Of a DNA stretch of 13,807 nucleotides, positions 1 through 7,517 are shown one piece after another (the first letter of the stretch is position 1; each line of letters begins with the position of its first letter). The DNA is from a virus (taxonomy: Duplodnaviria; Heunggongvirae; Uroviricota; Caudoviricetes): IMG/VR virus record IMGVR_UViG_2778261065_000014; one strand, written 5' to 3'. A model generated the notes under the pieces. The model was given only the letters and a program-made list of their open reading frames with translations. It ran no database searches and was not told where the DNA came from. Position numbers and translations under genes: made by a program.

Positions 1-600
<600 letters not shown>

Positions 601-761
601 ATTCAATAAAACTATTGGGAATAGTTTCTGTGATTTTGTTCTGTAGAAATGGAACACAACAACCAGTCACCACCAGCACTTCTTTAAAAACGCCAAGTCC
701 GACGCAAGCTAACCTTCTAGTCCGCTTTGAACGATGAGCGGAAATTGACATATCTGTTAAA

Positions 762-1100
762 GTGAATGGTTCGTTTTGCAGGGATACTTACACTGCCCCC
801 TGTCAAAATGATATACCGAAGAATAAGAGTTCTTCTTCAAGAACAACAAAAAGAGATCATTCCAGCATGCTGGAAACGCAGCGTGTAATGATGACGGATA
901 AGACTCTGGCGCATTCCATGACAGCGGCAAAGGCCATAGCAGCCAATCAGATAGCTAGAATAGCCGCGAGGAAGGAAAGCCACCAGCAAAATGAAGCCAT
1001 CGAGCGCTTGCGCGTAAATACGCGAATCTTAAACGGCGCAGAGATGCAGATTTACCCGCAACTGGCGACTTCAGCAATGAACCGCATACAGACCGAGTAA
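762..1100 (+). CDS. Hypothetical small protein (GTG start in ORF track; true start may be an internal Met such as MLETQRVMMTDK..)
   Basis: 112-codon ORF between the IS remnant and the kinase gene. The C-terminal ~70 aa (AAKAIAANQIARIAARKESHQQNEAIERLRVNTRIL) look helical. No recognisable motif and no clear RBS. Confidence 0.25.
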   Translation: MNGSFCRDTYTAPCQNDIPKNKSSSSRTTKRDHSSMLETQRVMMTDKTLAHSMTAAKAIAANQIARIAARKESHQQNEAIERLRVNTRILNGAEMQIYPQLATSAMNRIQTE

Positions 1101-1196
1101 GTGATGCGCTGGATGCCGTATTGAAAAGACAGCCAGAAAAGCGGTATTGGGTTCCAGAGGGTTTTAGAGGTTAAAGCGCTCACAAATCTAGCTAAT

Positions 1197-1223
1197 TTGT
1201 AACCATCTTTAAACGTTTATGAT
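1197..1223 (+). promoter_or_regulatory. Candidate sigma70 promoter for the kinase operon
   Basis: TTGTAA at 1197-1202 and TATGAT at 1218-1223, about 40 nt upstream of the ATG at 1265. The 15-bp spacer is shorter than optimal, so this is weak. Confidence 0.25.
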
Positions 1224-1264
1224 ATTGTTAAATAAAACTAAAACTACCACGGCATGATTTACCG

Positions 1265-1963
1265 ATGAAAAAAGAACTTGAAACCATACTGCCTGAGTTT
1301 GGTGAGGCAATTCGCCCTTACGTTTATAGTTACGTAACAGCAAACAAAAATGCCAATGCCAAGCACGTCCTGTTTATGGCTGGTTCGCCTGCTGCAGGTA
1401 AAACCGAGCTCTTAAATCGTCTTTTAGAACAACATGGCATCACAAACATTGTTCGAATTGATGCTGATGATTTTCGCTGGTGGTTCCCCTACTACAATGA
1501 AGAGAACTCTGTGGACTATCAGAGACCTGCCTCCAGAATGGTCGATTTTATCTACAAAAAAGCGCTATCTGAAGGCTATCCCATTGTTATGGACTCTACT
1601 TTCTCCAGTATAGGTATTGCGGAGAGAAACTTTGATCTGGCCCTGAAGGCTGGTTATCAGGTAGCACTGAATTACGTCTATTTTGATCCGGCTTACGCGT
1701 GGGTTTTTGCCCAAGCCCGCTCTCGTAAGGTTCCGTTAGAGGTTCTTAAAGCGAACTTTTTCAAGAGCAGAGAGACCATTGAACATATGCTCGCGAAATA
1801 TGCAGGCCTATTTACACTCAATGTTTATCATCGACGGGAAGATCCTGAAAATGATGGTCAGTTCGTGGTCGACTATACTCCTAACGTGACCCTTGAAAAC
1901 TGGACTACCTCCCATAGCTGCCCATATTCAGACGTTAGCGATCTAGCGCATTTAGGTGTATAA
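1265..1963 (+). CDS. Zeta-toxin/PezT-family P-loop kinase (UDP-GlcNAc kinase-like toxin fold), 232 aa
   Basis: Walker A GSPAAGKT (residues 40-47) followed 18 residues later by IVRIDADDFRWWFPYY, which mirrors the zeta/PezT catalytic block (I-I-D-x-D-x-F-x-x-x-x-P). Size matches PezT-like toxins. The RBS is weak. Confidence 0.8.
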   Translation: MKKELETILPEFGEAIRPYVYSYVTANKNANAKHVLFMAGSPAAGKTELLNRLLEQHGITNIVRIDADDFRWWFPYYNEENSVDYQRPASRMVDFIYKKALSEGYPIVMDSTFSSIGIAERNFDLALKAGYQVALNYVYFDPAYAWVFAQARSRKVPLEVLKANFFKSRETIEHMLAKYAGLFTLNVYHRREDPENDGQFVVDYTPNVTLENWTTSHSCPYSDVSDLAHLGV

Positions 1964-1988
1964 TAAGTGTCCTATCTAAGGAGTGTAT

Positions 1989-2615
1989 ATGTCTGTTAAA
2001 ACTGAAGCCATTAAACCAGCTGCTGAAATTTCGTTGTTCGATGCATTCGGACCTAACGTGAGCGAGCGGGTACAAGCCATCAACCGGAAGGCCGCTGAGC
2101 TTTCTATGGCTGATATGGCTCAGGTAATGGACGTGACATTATCGTCTAGGAAGAAACTGGAAGTAACTGCTGAGAGCAAATATATTCTCGATTTGCCTCA
2201 ATGGCTAGAAGTCAATGCACGGAAACCTGGAGTTTCTTTTGACATGAAAGCATACACTTCTGTTGAAGTTAACAAGATGCATGTTCCTGACTTTCGCCAG
2301 TTCCTTCCTGTAGGTGCAAATATGTTGCATACCTATTCACCAATCGGTAAAACGGGCCTGCAAGGAATTCATGATTATTTAATCGGTGCTGTTTCATCTA
2401 AACTTCATCACTTGCAAGGTGTCGGAGTTGATGAGGGCACGTTTAAAATACTTATCCGCTATGAAGATGCTAAAACGGGTGCTCCCCGCAATGATATAGT
2501 TGAAGCTGAGTCGACAATTAGCCCAAGTTCTTTCACTAGGCTCAAGCCCCGTGTGAAAAAACTTCGCAGAAAAGGTCATGAAATGGCGATGCATGCACTA
2601 ATTGCCAAAAAATAG
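1989..2615 (+). CDS. Hypothetical protein co-transcribed with the zeta-like kinase (candidate cognate antitoxin/immunity or effector partner), 208 aa
   Basis: AAGGAG at 1978-1983 lies 5 nt before the ATG at 1989 (the ORF track starts at the in-frame GTG 1983). It sits 25 nt after the kinase stop and is followed by an intrinsic terminator. No recognisable catalytic motif. Confidence 0.7.
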   Translation: MSVKTEAIKPAAEISLFDAFGPNVSERVQAINRKAAELSMADMAQVMDVTLSSRKKLEVTAESKYILDLPQWLEVNARKPGVSFDMKAYTSVEVNKMHVPDFRQFLPVGANMLHTYSPIGKTGLQGIHDYLIGAVSSKLHHLQGVGVDEGTFKILIRYEDAKTGAPRNDIVEAESTISPSSFTRLKPRVKKLRRKGHEMAMHALIAKK

Positions 2616-2627
2616 TAAGCCCTTAAC

Positions 2628-2660
2628 AAAACCTCACTCGATTGTGAGGTTTTTGCTTTC
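2628..2660 (+). terminator. Rho-independent terminator closing the kinase operon
   Basis: Perfect 10-bp stem AAAACCTCAC (2628-2637) / GTGAGGTTTT (2644-2653) with 6-nt loop TCGATT, running into a T-rich tail, 13 nt after the stop at 2613-2615. Confidence 0.7.
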
Positions 2661-3153
2661 TGGCGTTCTAAAAGTCAATCACTCCAGCTCACCAGCGCGG
2701 TTAATCTCTAAAACCGATTTAGTTTTCGGCATAGTGCCCTTCGTCGTCTCTTTCTGCGTACATCAAACAACATCTACGGCCCATAGCGGATCACCATCAG
2801 CATGCAGCCACTGACTGGTTAAAGTCTCCTTTTCGTTTATCTTAGCAAGCTGGTACTGCGTGTGGATCCCGCCCATTTCTGCATACTGTCGAAAATCGAT
2901 GAGATGGCCAGTCGTGTTTGTTATTGGTCTATTTTTGAAAACAACTATCAATGCTATTGGTCTGTTCTTCGTTAATTAATATGCAATCCTTTCATGACAC
3001 AGGGCTACTGTTACAGCCCTGACAACCTTAGACTTCAATCGATTCAGAGATCTCTAACGCATCATCGCCCCGTTGAACTCACAGCGATAAGTAGACGCTG
3101 GCGGCAATAACACAGAAGTATAGCGGGAATTTGAACCACATAATTTATGTTTG

Positions 3154-3606
3154 TTAGATGGCTTTGCTTCGATATTCAATTTCTAAAATCGCCTTTGTCA
3201 TTGCCGCAATAGTTATAGCTTCTACCATAGTTAATTCAGGCCTGTTCAAGCTTCCGTGTCCAGCAGTAGGTAGTTTGTTGCGTAAATCATAAATATCTTT
3301 AACAATATCAATAAGATTCTTAGGTAATTTTGACATTTTTTCGAACTGTTTAAAAAAACCACCCAATGACTCATTTGCCACATTCGGGTTTTGAGTGATT
3401 TCCTTCGCCATAGTTTCTAGAATATTAGAGGCTGCGTGCAGTGCACCCGCAGGGTCATTATTATCCAAGCAATTATTCATTCTATCTATTTGCTGAATGA
3501 TATTTGGATGCAATCTCTTTAAGTAATCACTAGCCAATTCTTCATTGAAGTTTTTGACACTTTCAAAAACATCGCAATCTAAATAAAATTTAGGATTGAC
3601 TGACAT
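3154..3606 (-). CDS. Hypothetical protein (150 aa); probably the C-terminal part of the same interrupted gene; possible abortive-infection/HEPN-like protein (speculative)
   Basis: In frame with 3676-4020. No good RBS before the ATG at 3604-3606. Contains DLRNKLPTAGHGS (R-x7-H), which only loosely resembles the HEPN R-x4-6-H motif. AT-rich. Confidence 0.55.
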   Translation of the reverse strand: MSVNPKFYLDCDVFESVKNFNEELASDYLKRLHPNIIQQIDRMNNCLDNNDPAGALHAASNILETMAKEITQNPNVANESLGGFFKQFEKMSKLPKNLIDIVKDIYDLRNKLPTAGHGSLNRPELTMVEAITIAAMTKAILEIEYRSKAI

Positions 3607-3675
3607 CCATGTATATTTCCAATCATTTTCTAAATTATCTTTTTCCGCACTACGCCTGCCAGTATCCTGATCTAT

Positions 3676-4020
3676 CTAATCAACATATTTACACATATAA
3701 TCGGCGTAATAGTGTAAATATCTAAATGATATTTCTGGGCAAAAATTACTAACTGATGCAAGGCCGCCATATTCTTTTGTAGTAACTGTTGGGACTTCTT
3801 CATCACATAAATATGAGAAACTAGTTCTTTCCCCAAATTCGCCCAACTCTTTTTCTTTCCTAGTTGCCATACCAGCTATCATATTGATGCTTGAGAGCAA
3901 AACTACACTCTGATAGTACCGAGGACATCTGTATGAACTAGCATATGGGCATTTTGATGATGCTTTACGATTAATACGCTCTTTTTCCCACCAATTTTTA
4001 TCAGGAATAATTCTTTGCAT
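3676..4020 (-). CDS. Hypothetical Cys-rich protein (114 aa); probably the N-terminal part of a gene interrupted by the in-frame TAG at 3676-3678
   Basis: ATG at 4018-4020, TAG at 3676-3678. Same reading frame as the ORF 3154-3606 with no other stop between them. Locally AT-rich. Confidence 0.5.
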   Translation of the reverse strand: MQRIIPDKNWWEKERINRKASSKCPYASSYRCPRYYQSVVLLSSINMIAGMATRKEKELGEFGERTSFSYLCDEEVPTVTTKEYGGLASVSNFCPEISFRYLHYYADYMCKYVD

Positions 4021-4484
4021 AATTTATGCTACTATCTCACGAGTGAATGAATGTTTAGCCTTCTGCACAGTTTATCAGTTCCGGCATACCTACTGCTACC
4101 CCACTGATTCAACTTTAAGTTATGGATTAAAGCGATTCGGTTTCGCTAGATGACACACTAGTGTTAACTTATGGATAAAAATTTATCACTTAAAATTAAC
4201 TAATGACTGTAGCGACCAAAAGTGTGCCAGAATGTTATTTTCGTCTGGCCTATTATCAATCTAATTACCCAAATTAAAGTTACTCTCCTTCATCAGCAAA
4301 AAATAAATACGCCTGTTCACTTTCTCAAAGTGTTCCTGTGTTATTTTTAAAGTTAACAACGCCGTCTATTCGTCCAAATGTACAACAAACATCAGACTCT
4401 GGCACAACGCTGACAATGAGAATAGTTCTAGCCCTGTGCCACAGAAATGTCAATTCACATATGTATTAATGCTCTTTAATCTCG

Positions 4485-4907
4485 TCACTTCAATAAATAG
4501 CGAACATTTCCCTGATAAAATGCCAACACTCGCTGCATTACTTCACTTTCCAGACACTCGCGACAAACCATGTTATGGCGACTATCGTAGCGACGAATTT
4601 CTCCGTCAGGTAATGACCAGATAAGGTCCGGATCAACCATAGACGGTTTCTTCCCCTTTGCCCTCGATAGTTTTTTGCGGGCGTTTTGCCAGTCCTTACG
4701 AGCCTGTTCTGACGGGAATAACCCATAGCCAGAGTTGTATACATCGCCACTGGCAACCAGCTCCCAGGCAAGAACGCTAATCAGATATCTTGTCGCACCT
4801 GTTTTAGCTTCCAGCTGTCGTAACGTCTCGCGCCCACTCTGGCGTACGAGTGCAACAACCTGTCCCTTAATTTTTTCCCGCTCTTCTTGTGTAAAAACTT
4901 TTGCCAC
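4485..4907 (-). CDS. Hypothetical phage protein (140 aa), last gene of the rightward replication operon
   Basis: GTG start at 4905-4907 preceded by a perfect AGGAGG 4 nt upstream (minus strand). Lies 40 nt downstream of the O-like gene stop. No motif recognised. Confidence 0.7.
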   Translation of the reverse strand: MAKVFTQEEREKIKGQVVALVRQSGRETLRQLEAKTGATRYLISVLAWELVASGDVYNSGYGLFPSEQARKDWQNARKKLSRAKGKKPSMVDPDLIWSLPDGEIRRYDSRHNMVCRECLESEVMQRVLAFYQGNVRYLLK

Positions 4908-4947
4908 AAGTCCTCCTGAAAATTACCTCATGATCTGAAATCAATAC

Positions 4948-5910
4948 CTACCCCCTGAACCCTGGTGGAATTTCGGTGTCAGGTTCAGAAATATGATTCA
5001 CACAACGCTGTACAGGCGAACGCCCCAGACGGATAACCAGCTCATCCCATTTATCGCGAAGTTTTGACGGGCTCATGATGTTTTTTACCCAGAATGGATC
5101 CCGCTGTACCCGACCAAACATTTCGCAGATTTGTCTGTGAGTTCTGCCATCCAGCATCCGCATTATGCGCACGTCATTGGCCCATGCTGTCCAGTTGGGT
5201 TCTTTCGGTCGGGTGATCTCGCCATCATCGCTGGCGGCCTGTTCGTAAAGACTCACGATTCGCCCCCAGATCCACTGTGCGCATGCCAAATCCTCCTGAG
5301 TTCCCCACTGACGTTTTTTTGCACTAAACACAACCGCATCAGGATGTCGGGTTAAAAAATCCTGTTCAGCCGTCTGCGGGTCCGGTTGCGAAGCTTCCGG
5401 ACGAAAAGATCTTTTATCTGACGGATCAGGTTTTAATACTGACGGATCGGGGCCAACCATCGCCCCCCTAACCGGCTGTTTTTTACCAACGGTTGATCCA
5501 TCAAAATTTGACGGGTCAACCGTTGAGGGGGCAATATTTGACTGGTCAACTGTTAACGGGTCATTTTTTGCCGGGCTAATTTTTCTTTTCGGTTTATATG
5601 CCTCACGCGCCGCCTCAGCTGCTGCTTCGAGTTTTTCCACATTAAGGCGGTAGATATTGCTTTCATTACGCCCACCGACCTTACGCTCCTCCTTCGTCAG
5701 CCAGCCGTTCTTTTCCAGTTCCGCTATCGCCGCTTTAACCGTTGATTCACTCTTTGCCCCAATCTGACGACGAATGGTCTCCACTGCAGGCCATGACACA
5801 CCTTCGTCATTGCTGTAGTCTGCAAGGCGAGCCATTACTGCCACCCTGGATAAGATCATGCCGGTGAAGGCGCACCCTTCCCAGACAAGACCATGAAGCT
5901 TGCTGCTCAT
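4948..5910 (-). CDS. Phage replication initiator (lambda O-like architecture: N-terminal winged-HTH DNA-binding domain, repetitive linker encoded by ori iterons, C-terminal domain)
   Basis: N-terminus MARLADYSNDEGVSWPAVETIRRQIGAKSESTVKAAIAELEKNGWL is a typical replication-protein wHTH. The central 10-aa repeats (PLTVDQSNIA / PSTVDPSNFD) are encoded by the DNA iterons. Position is immediately downstream of the cro-like and YdaT-like genes. Confidence 0.8.
   Translation of the reverse strand: MSSKLHGLVWEGCAFTGMILSRVAVMARLADYSNDEGVSWPAVETIRRQIGAKSESTVKAAIAELEKNGWLTKEERKVGGRNESNIYRLNVEKLEAAAEAAREAYKPKRKISPAKNDPLTVDQSNIAPSTVDPSNFDGSTVGKKQPVRGAMVGPDPSVLKPDPSDKRSFRPEASQPDPQTAEQDFLTRHPDAVVFSAKKRQWGTQEDLACAQWIWGRIVSLYEQAASDDGEITRPKEPNWTAWANDVRIMRMLDGRTHRQICEMFGRVQRDPFWVKNIMSPSKLRDKWDELVIRLGRSPVQRCVNHISEPDTEIPPGFRG
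5418..5600. other. Putative prophage origin of replication embedded in the initiator gene (iterons plus adjacent AT-rich stretch)
   Basis: Five copies of a 12-bp inverted-repeat motif YTGAYnnRTCAR at 5418-5429, 5439-5450, 5493-5504, 5508-5519 and 5538-5549. Two tandem 30-bp units (5507-5536 and 5537-5566) match at 23 of 30 positions. An AT-rich run follows at 5562-5600. Confidence 0.55.
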
Positions 5911-5933
5911 AAAAAACCCCGAACACCGTGCTT

Positions 5934-6359
5934 TTAGTGCATCACCACAGCATTTCCTGCCGGGCCACCACGATTCATCTGATTGAAACCGGCGATTGCC
6001 ACTGCGACAAAATCATCAGCGTCTCTCACCAGTCGTTCCCGCGTCTCCACCAACTCCCGAAAATAGGCTGAACTGTGGCTGCGCATCCGGGCCACCAGCA
6101 GAGGTGGCATTGCTTTTTCGATTGCTGGTAACAACGCCTGAATTTTTTCAACCGCATCAGTGGTGTCTTTCTCCACCCAGCGGAAAATTTTCTGAGTATT
6201 ACGAGCCAGGGCTTCTGGATGGCTGTCGTCGTACAGTTCCGGGGACGTCATTCCCAGTTCGAAATAAGCCCTGGTTATCTTGGCCGCCGGAACTTTTTCA
6301 CCATCCGGACGCGCCCAGGCATTCATAGCCATGCGGATGTGTTCATGCTTGATTTTCAT
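5934..6359 (-). CDS. ydaT: YdaT-like protein (Rac prophage YdaT family; function debated: CII-like regulator or toxin)
   Basis: N-terminus MKIKHEHI.. and overall length match my recollection of Rac YdaT. Start overlaps the upstream cro-like stop (ATGA overlap at 6356-6359), indicating translational coupling. Confidence 0.75.
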   Translation of the reverse strand: MKIKHEHIRMAMNAWARPDGEKVPAAKITRAYFELGMTSPELYDDSHPEALARNTQKIFRWVEKDTTDAVEKIQALLPAIEKAMPPLLVARMRSHSSAYFRELVETRERLVRDADDFVAVAIAGFNQMNRGGPAGNAVVMH

Positions 6360-6583
6360 GAATCATTCTTTCCTTCGTTCAAGGTGTTATCCTTCTTTTT
6401 GTAAAGTTCTGGGTTCAAAGATAATTTTCCCTTGGAGTATGCGGCAGCTTCCGCGGCCCTCCCCTTGGGAACTATTTCACCAGGACGTTTGCGCCACATG
6501 TATATAGCTTCACGGGTTATCCCATAAAAATCGGCAACTCTCTGAACAGAGCCAAAAAACTGGACAAGTTCATCAACTCGCAT
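6356..6583 (-). CDS. Cro/YdaS-like small HTH DNA-binding protein (75 aa)
   Basis: Perfect AGGAGG 5 nt upstream of the ATG at 6581-6583 (minus strand). HTH-like segment VADFYGITREAIYMWRKRPG. Divergent from the CI-like repressor gene. Confidence 0.8.
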   Translation of the reverse strand: MRVDELVQFFGSVQRVADFYGITREAIYMWRKRPGEIVPKGRAAEAAAYSKGKLSLNPELYKKKDNTLNEGKNDS

Positions 6584-6604
6584 TTCACCCTCCTAAAACT
6601 AAGT

Positions 6605-6640
6605 ATTTTTAGATTAAAGGATAATTTTTTTTAGGTCAAT
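6605..6640 (-). promoter_or_regulatory. pR-like promoter for the cro/ydaT/replication operon, inside the divergent immunity control region
   Basis: On the minus strand: -35 TTGACC (plus-strand 6634-6639), 17-bp spacer, -10 TAATCT (plus-strand 6611-6616), then a short leader with AGGAGG. Flanked by the inverted 9-mers TTTTAGATT (6607-6615) and AATCTAAAA (6644-6652). Confidence 0.5.
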
Positions 6641-6675
6641 GCAATCTAAAATAATTTATATTCAATTCACGGGAG

Positions 6676-7326
6676 ATGATGATGGAAAGCCTTGGCATTA
6701 GGCTTAAGAGACTCAGAAAAGACAAGGGACTGACCCAAGTCGAACTGGGCAAGCTTTCTGGCGTAACAGGGGTAACTATAGGGTACTGGGAGAAAGACCT
6801 AAACGAACCCGGTAGCAAAGCTCTTAGTAAATTAGCCCAAGCACTAGGAACTACTGAGTCCTATCTCCTATATGGAGTATCGTCTACTGAACCTACCCTT
6901 GTGCAGAACAATTCAGGCACCCAAATCCCCTATCTTTCATGGGGGGAAGCAATTTCTTTCCTAATTTTAGAAGGAGAGAAAACTATGGGAAATGCCGACA
7001 GAATCACCACATTCTTTGACGTCAAGGAGGGGGATTTTGCCGTTTCAATGCCTGATGACACTATGCACAACCCATCAGGGTCGCCAAGCATTCCGGTTGG
7101 TGCCACAGTGATCATGAGGCCTAGAGAAAAATATAAAAATGGTAGTATCGTCGCTGTAATAGTCCCAGATCCGCTTACAAACGAACCATCTATGACTATA
7201 AAAAAATTAGTCATCGACGGAAAACTCGTGTATTTAAGCCCCCTCAATCCTCGCTATCAATCGTCCTTACTGACACCTGAATGTAAAATTGTTGCTGTAG
7301 CAAAAGGTGTGCAGTTCAGCCTATAG
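6676..7326 (+). CDS. CI-type prophage repressor with N-terminal XRE-family HTH and C-terminal LexA-like S24 self-cleaving peptidase domain
   Basis: HTH LTQVELGKLSGVTGVTIGYWE; S24 serine motif AVSMPDD and lysine in TIKKLV. Three consecutive ATGs at 6676-6684 with GGGAG just upstream, so the true start is probably the third Met (6682). Followed by a terminator. Confidence 0.85.
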   Translation: MMMESLGIRLKRLRKDKGLTQVELGKLSGVTGVTIGYWEKDLNEPGSKALSKLAQALGTTESYLLYGVSSTEPTLVQNNSGTQIPYLSWGEAISFLILEGEKTMGNADRITTFFDVKEGDFAVSMPDDTMHNPSGSPSIPVGATVIMRPREKYKNGSIVAVIVPDPLTNEPSMTIKKLVIDGKLVYLSPLNPRYQSSLLTPECKIVAVAKGVQFSL

Positions 7327-7348
7327 CTTCCACTTTGTTTTTCAATCA

Positions 7349-7375
7349 GAGGTCGGCTTTGTCGACCTTTTTTTA
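7349..7375 (+). terminator. Rho-independent terminator after the repressor gene
   Basis: Stem AGGTCG (7350-7355) / CGACCT (7363-7368) with 7-nt loop, followed by a T tract at 7369-7375; 23 nt after the stop at 7324-7326. Confidence 0.65.
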
Positions 7376-7393
7376 AATATATCTAGATCGCGC

Positions 7394-7428
7394 TTGACTA
7401 TAAAACTAAATAGATTTAGTTTTATAGT
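7394..7428. promoter_or_regulatory. Perfect 15-bp inverted repeat (operator-like, OL analogue) overlapping a TTGACT -35-like hexamer
   Basis: ACTATAAAACTAAAT (7397-7411), AG, ATTTAGTTTTATAGT (7414-7428): 15 of 15 complementary. TTGACT at 7394-7399; TATAGT at 7423-7428. Sits where lambda has OL/pL, between the repressor terminator and the early-left genes. Confidence 0.45.
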
Positions 7429-7517
7429 ATACCACCCCGCCCCACAGAACGCAGGGCAATACTTCGAGTTACCAGGCAGTGGTCAGGGGTTAAGTAGCCA
7501 GCCCGAGGCGTAAGAAC

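Noticed and set aside
745-750. Consensus TTGACA -35 hexamer upstream of ORF 762-1100
   Set aside because: No -10 hexamer at 16-18 bp spacing (the ORF start follows almost immediately). Kept only as a possible IS-end outward -35, not as a functional promoter.
2394-2951. ORF-track entries 2394-2594 (-), 2602-2814 (+), 2763-2951 (-)
   Set aside because: The first is antisense inside the kinase partner gene. The second starts inside and runs through the terminator hairpin. The third has no RBS or recognisable features. All lie in the convergent intergenic zone.
3000-3021. Stem-loop CAGGGCT / AGCCCTG downstream of the minus-strand gene ending at 3154
   Set aside because: No T tract on either side, so it is not a canonical intrinsic terminator. 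Noted only as a possible RNA stability element.
4436-6507. ORF-track entries 4436-4624 (+), 4538-4771 (-), 4735-4938 (+), 5131-5355 (+), 5996-6328 (+), 6219-6404 (+), 6280-6507 (+)
   Set aside because: All overlap well-supported minus-strand genes (the 140-aa gene, the replication initiator, the YdaT-like and cro-like genes) in antisense or alternative frames, and lack RBSs.
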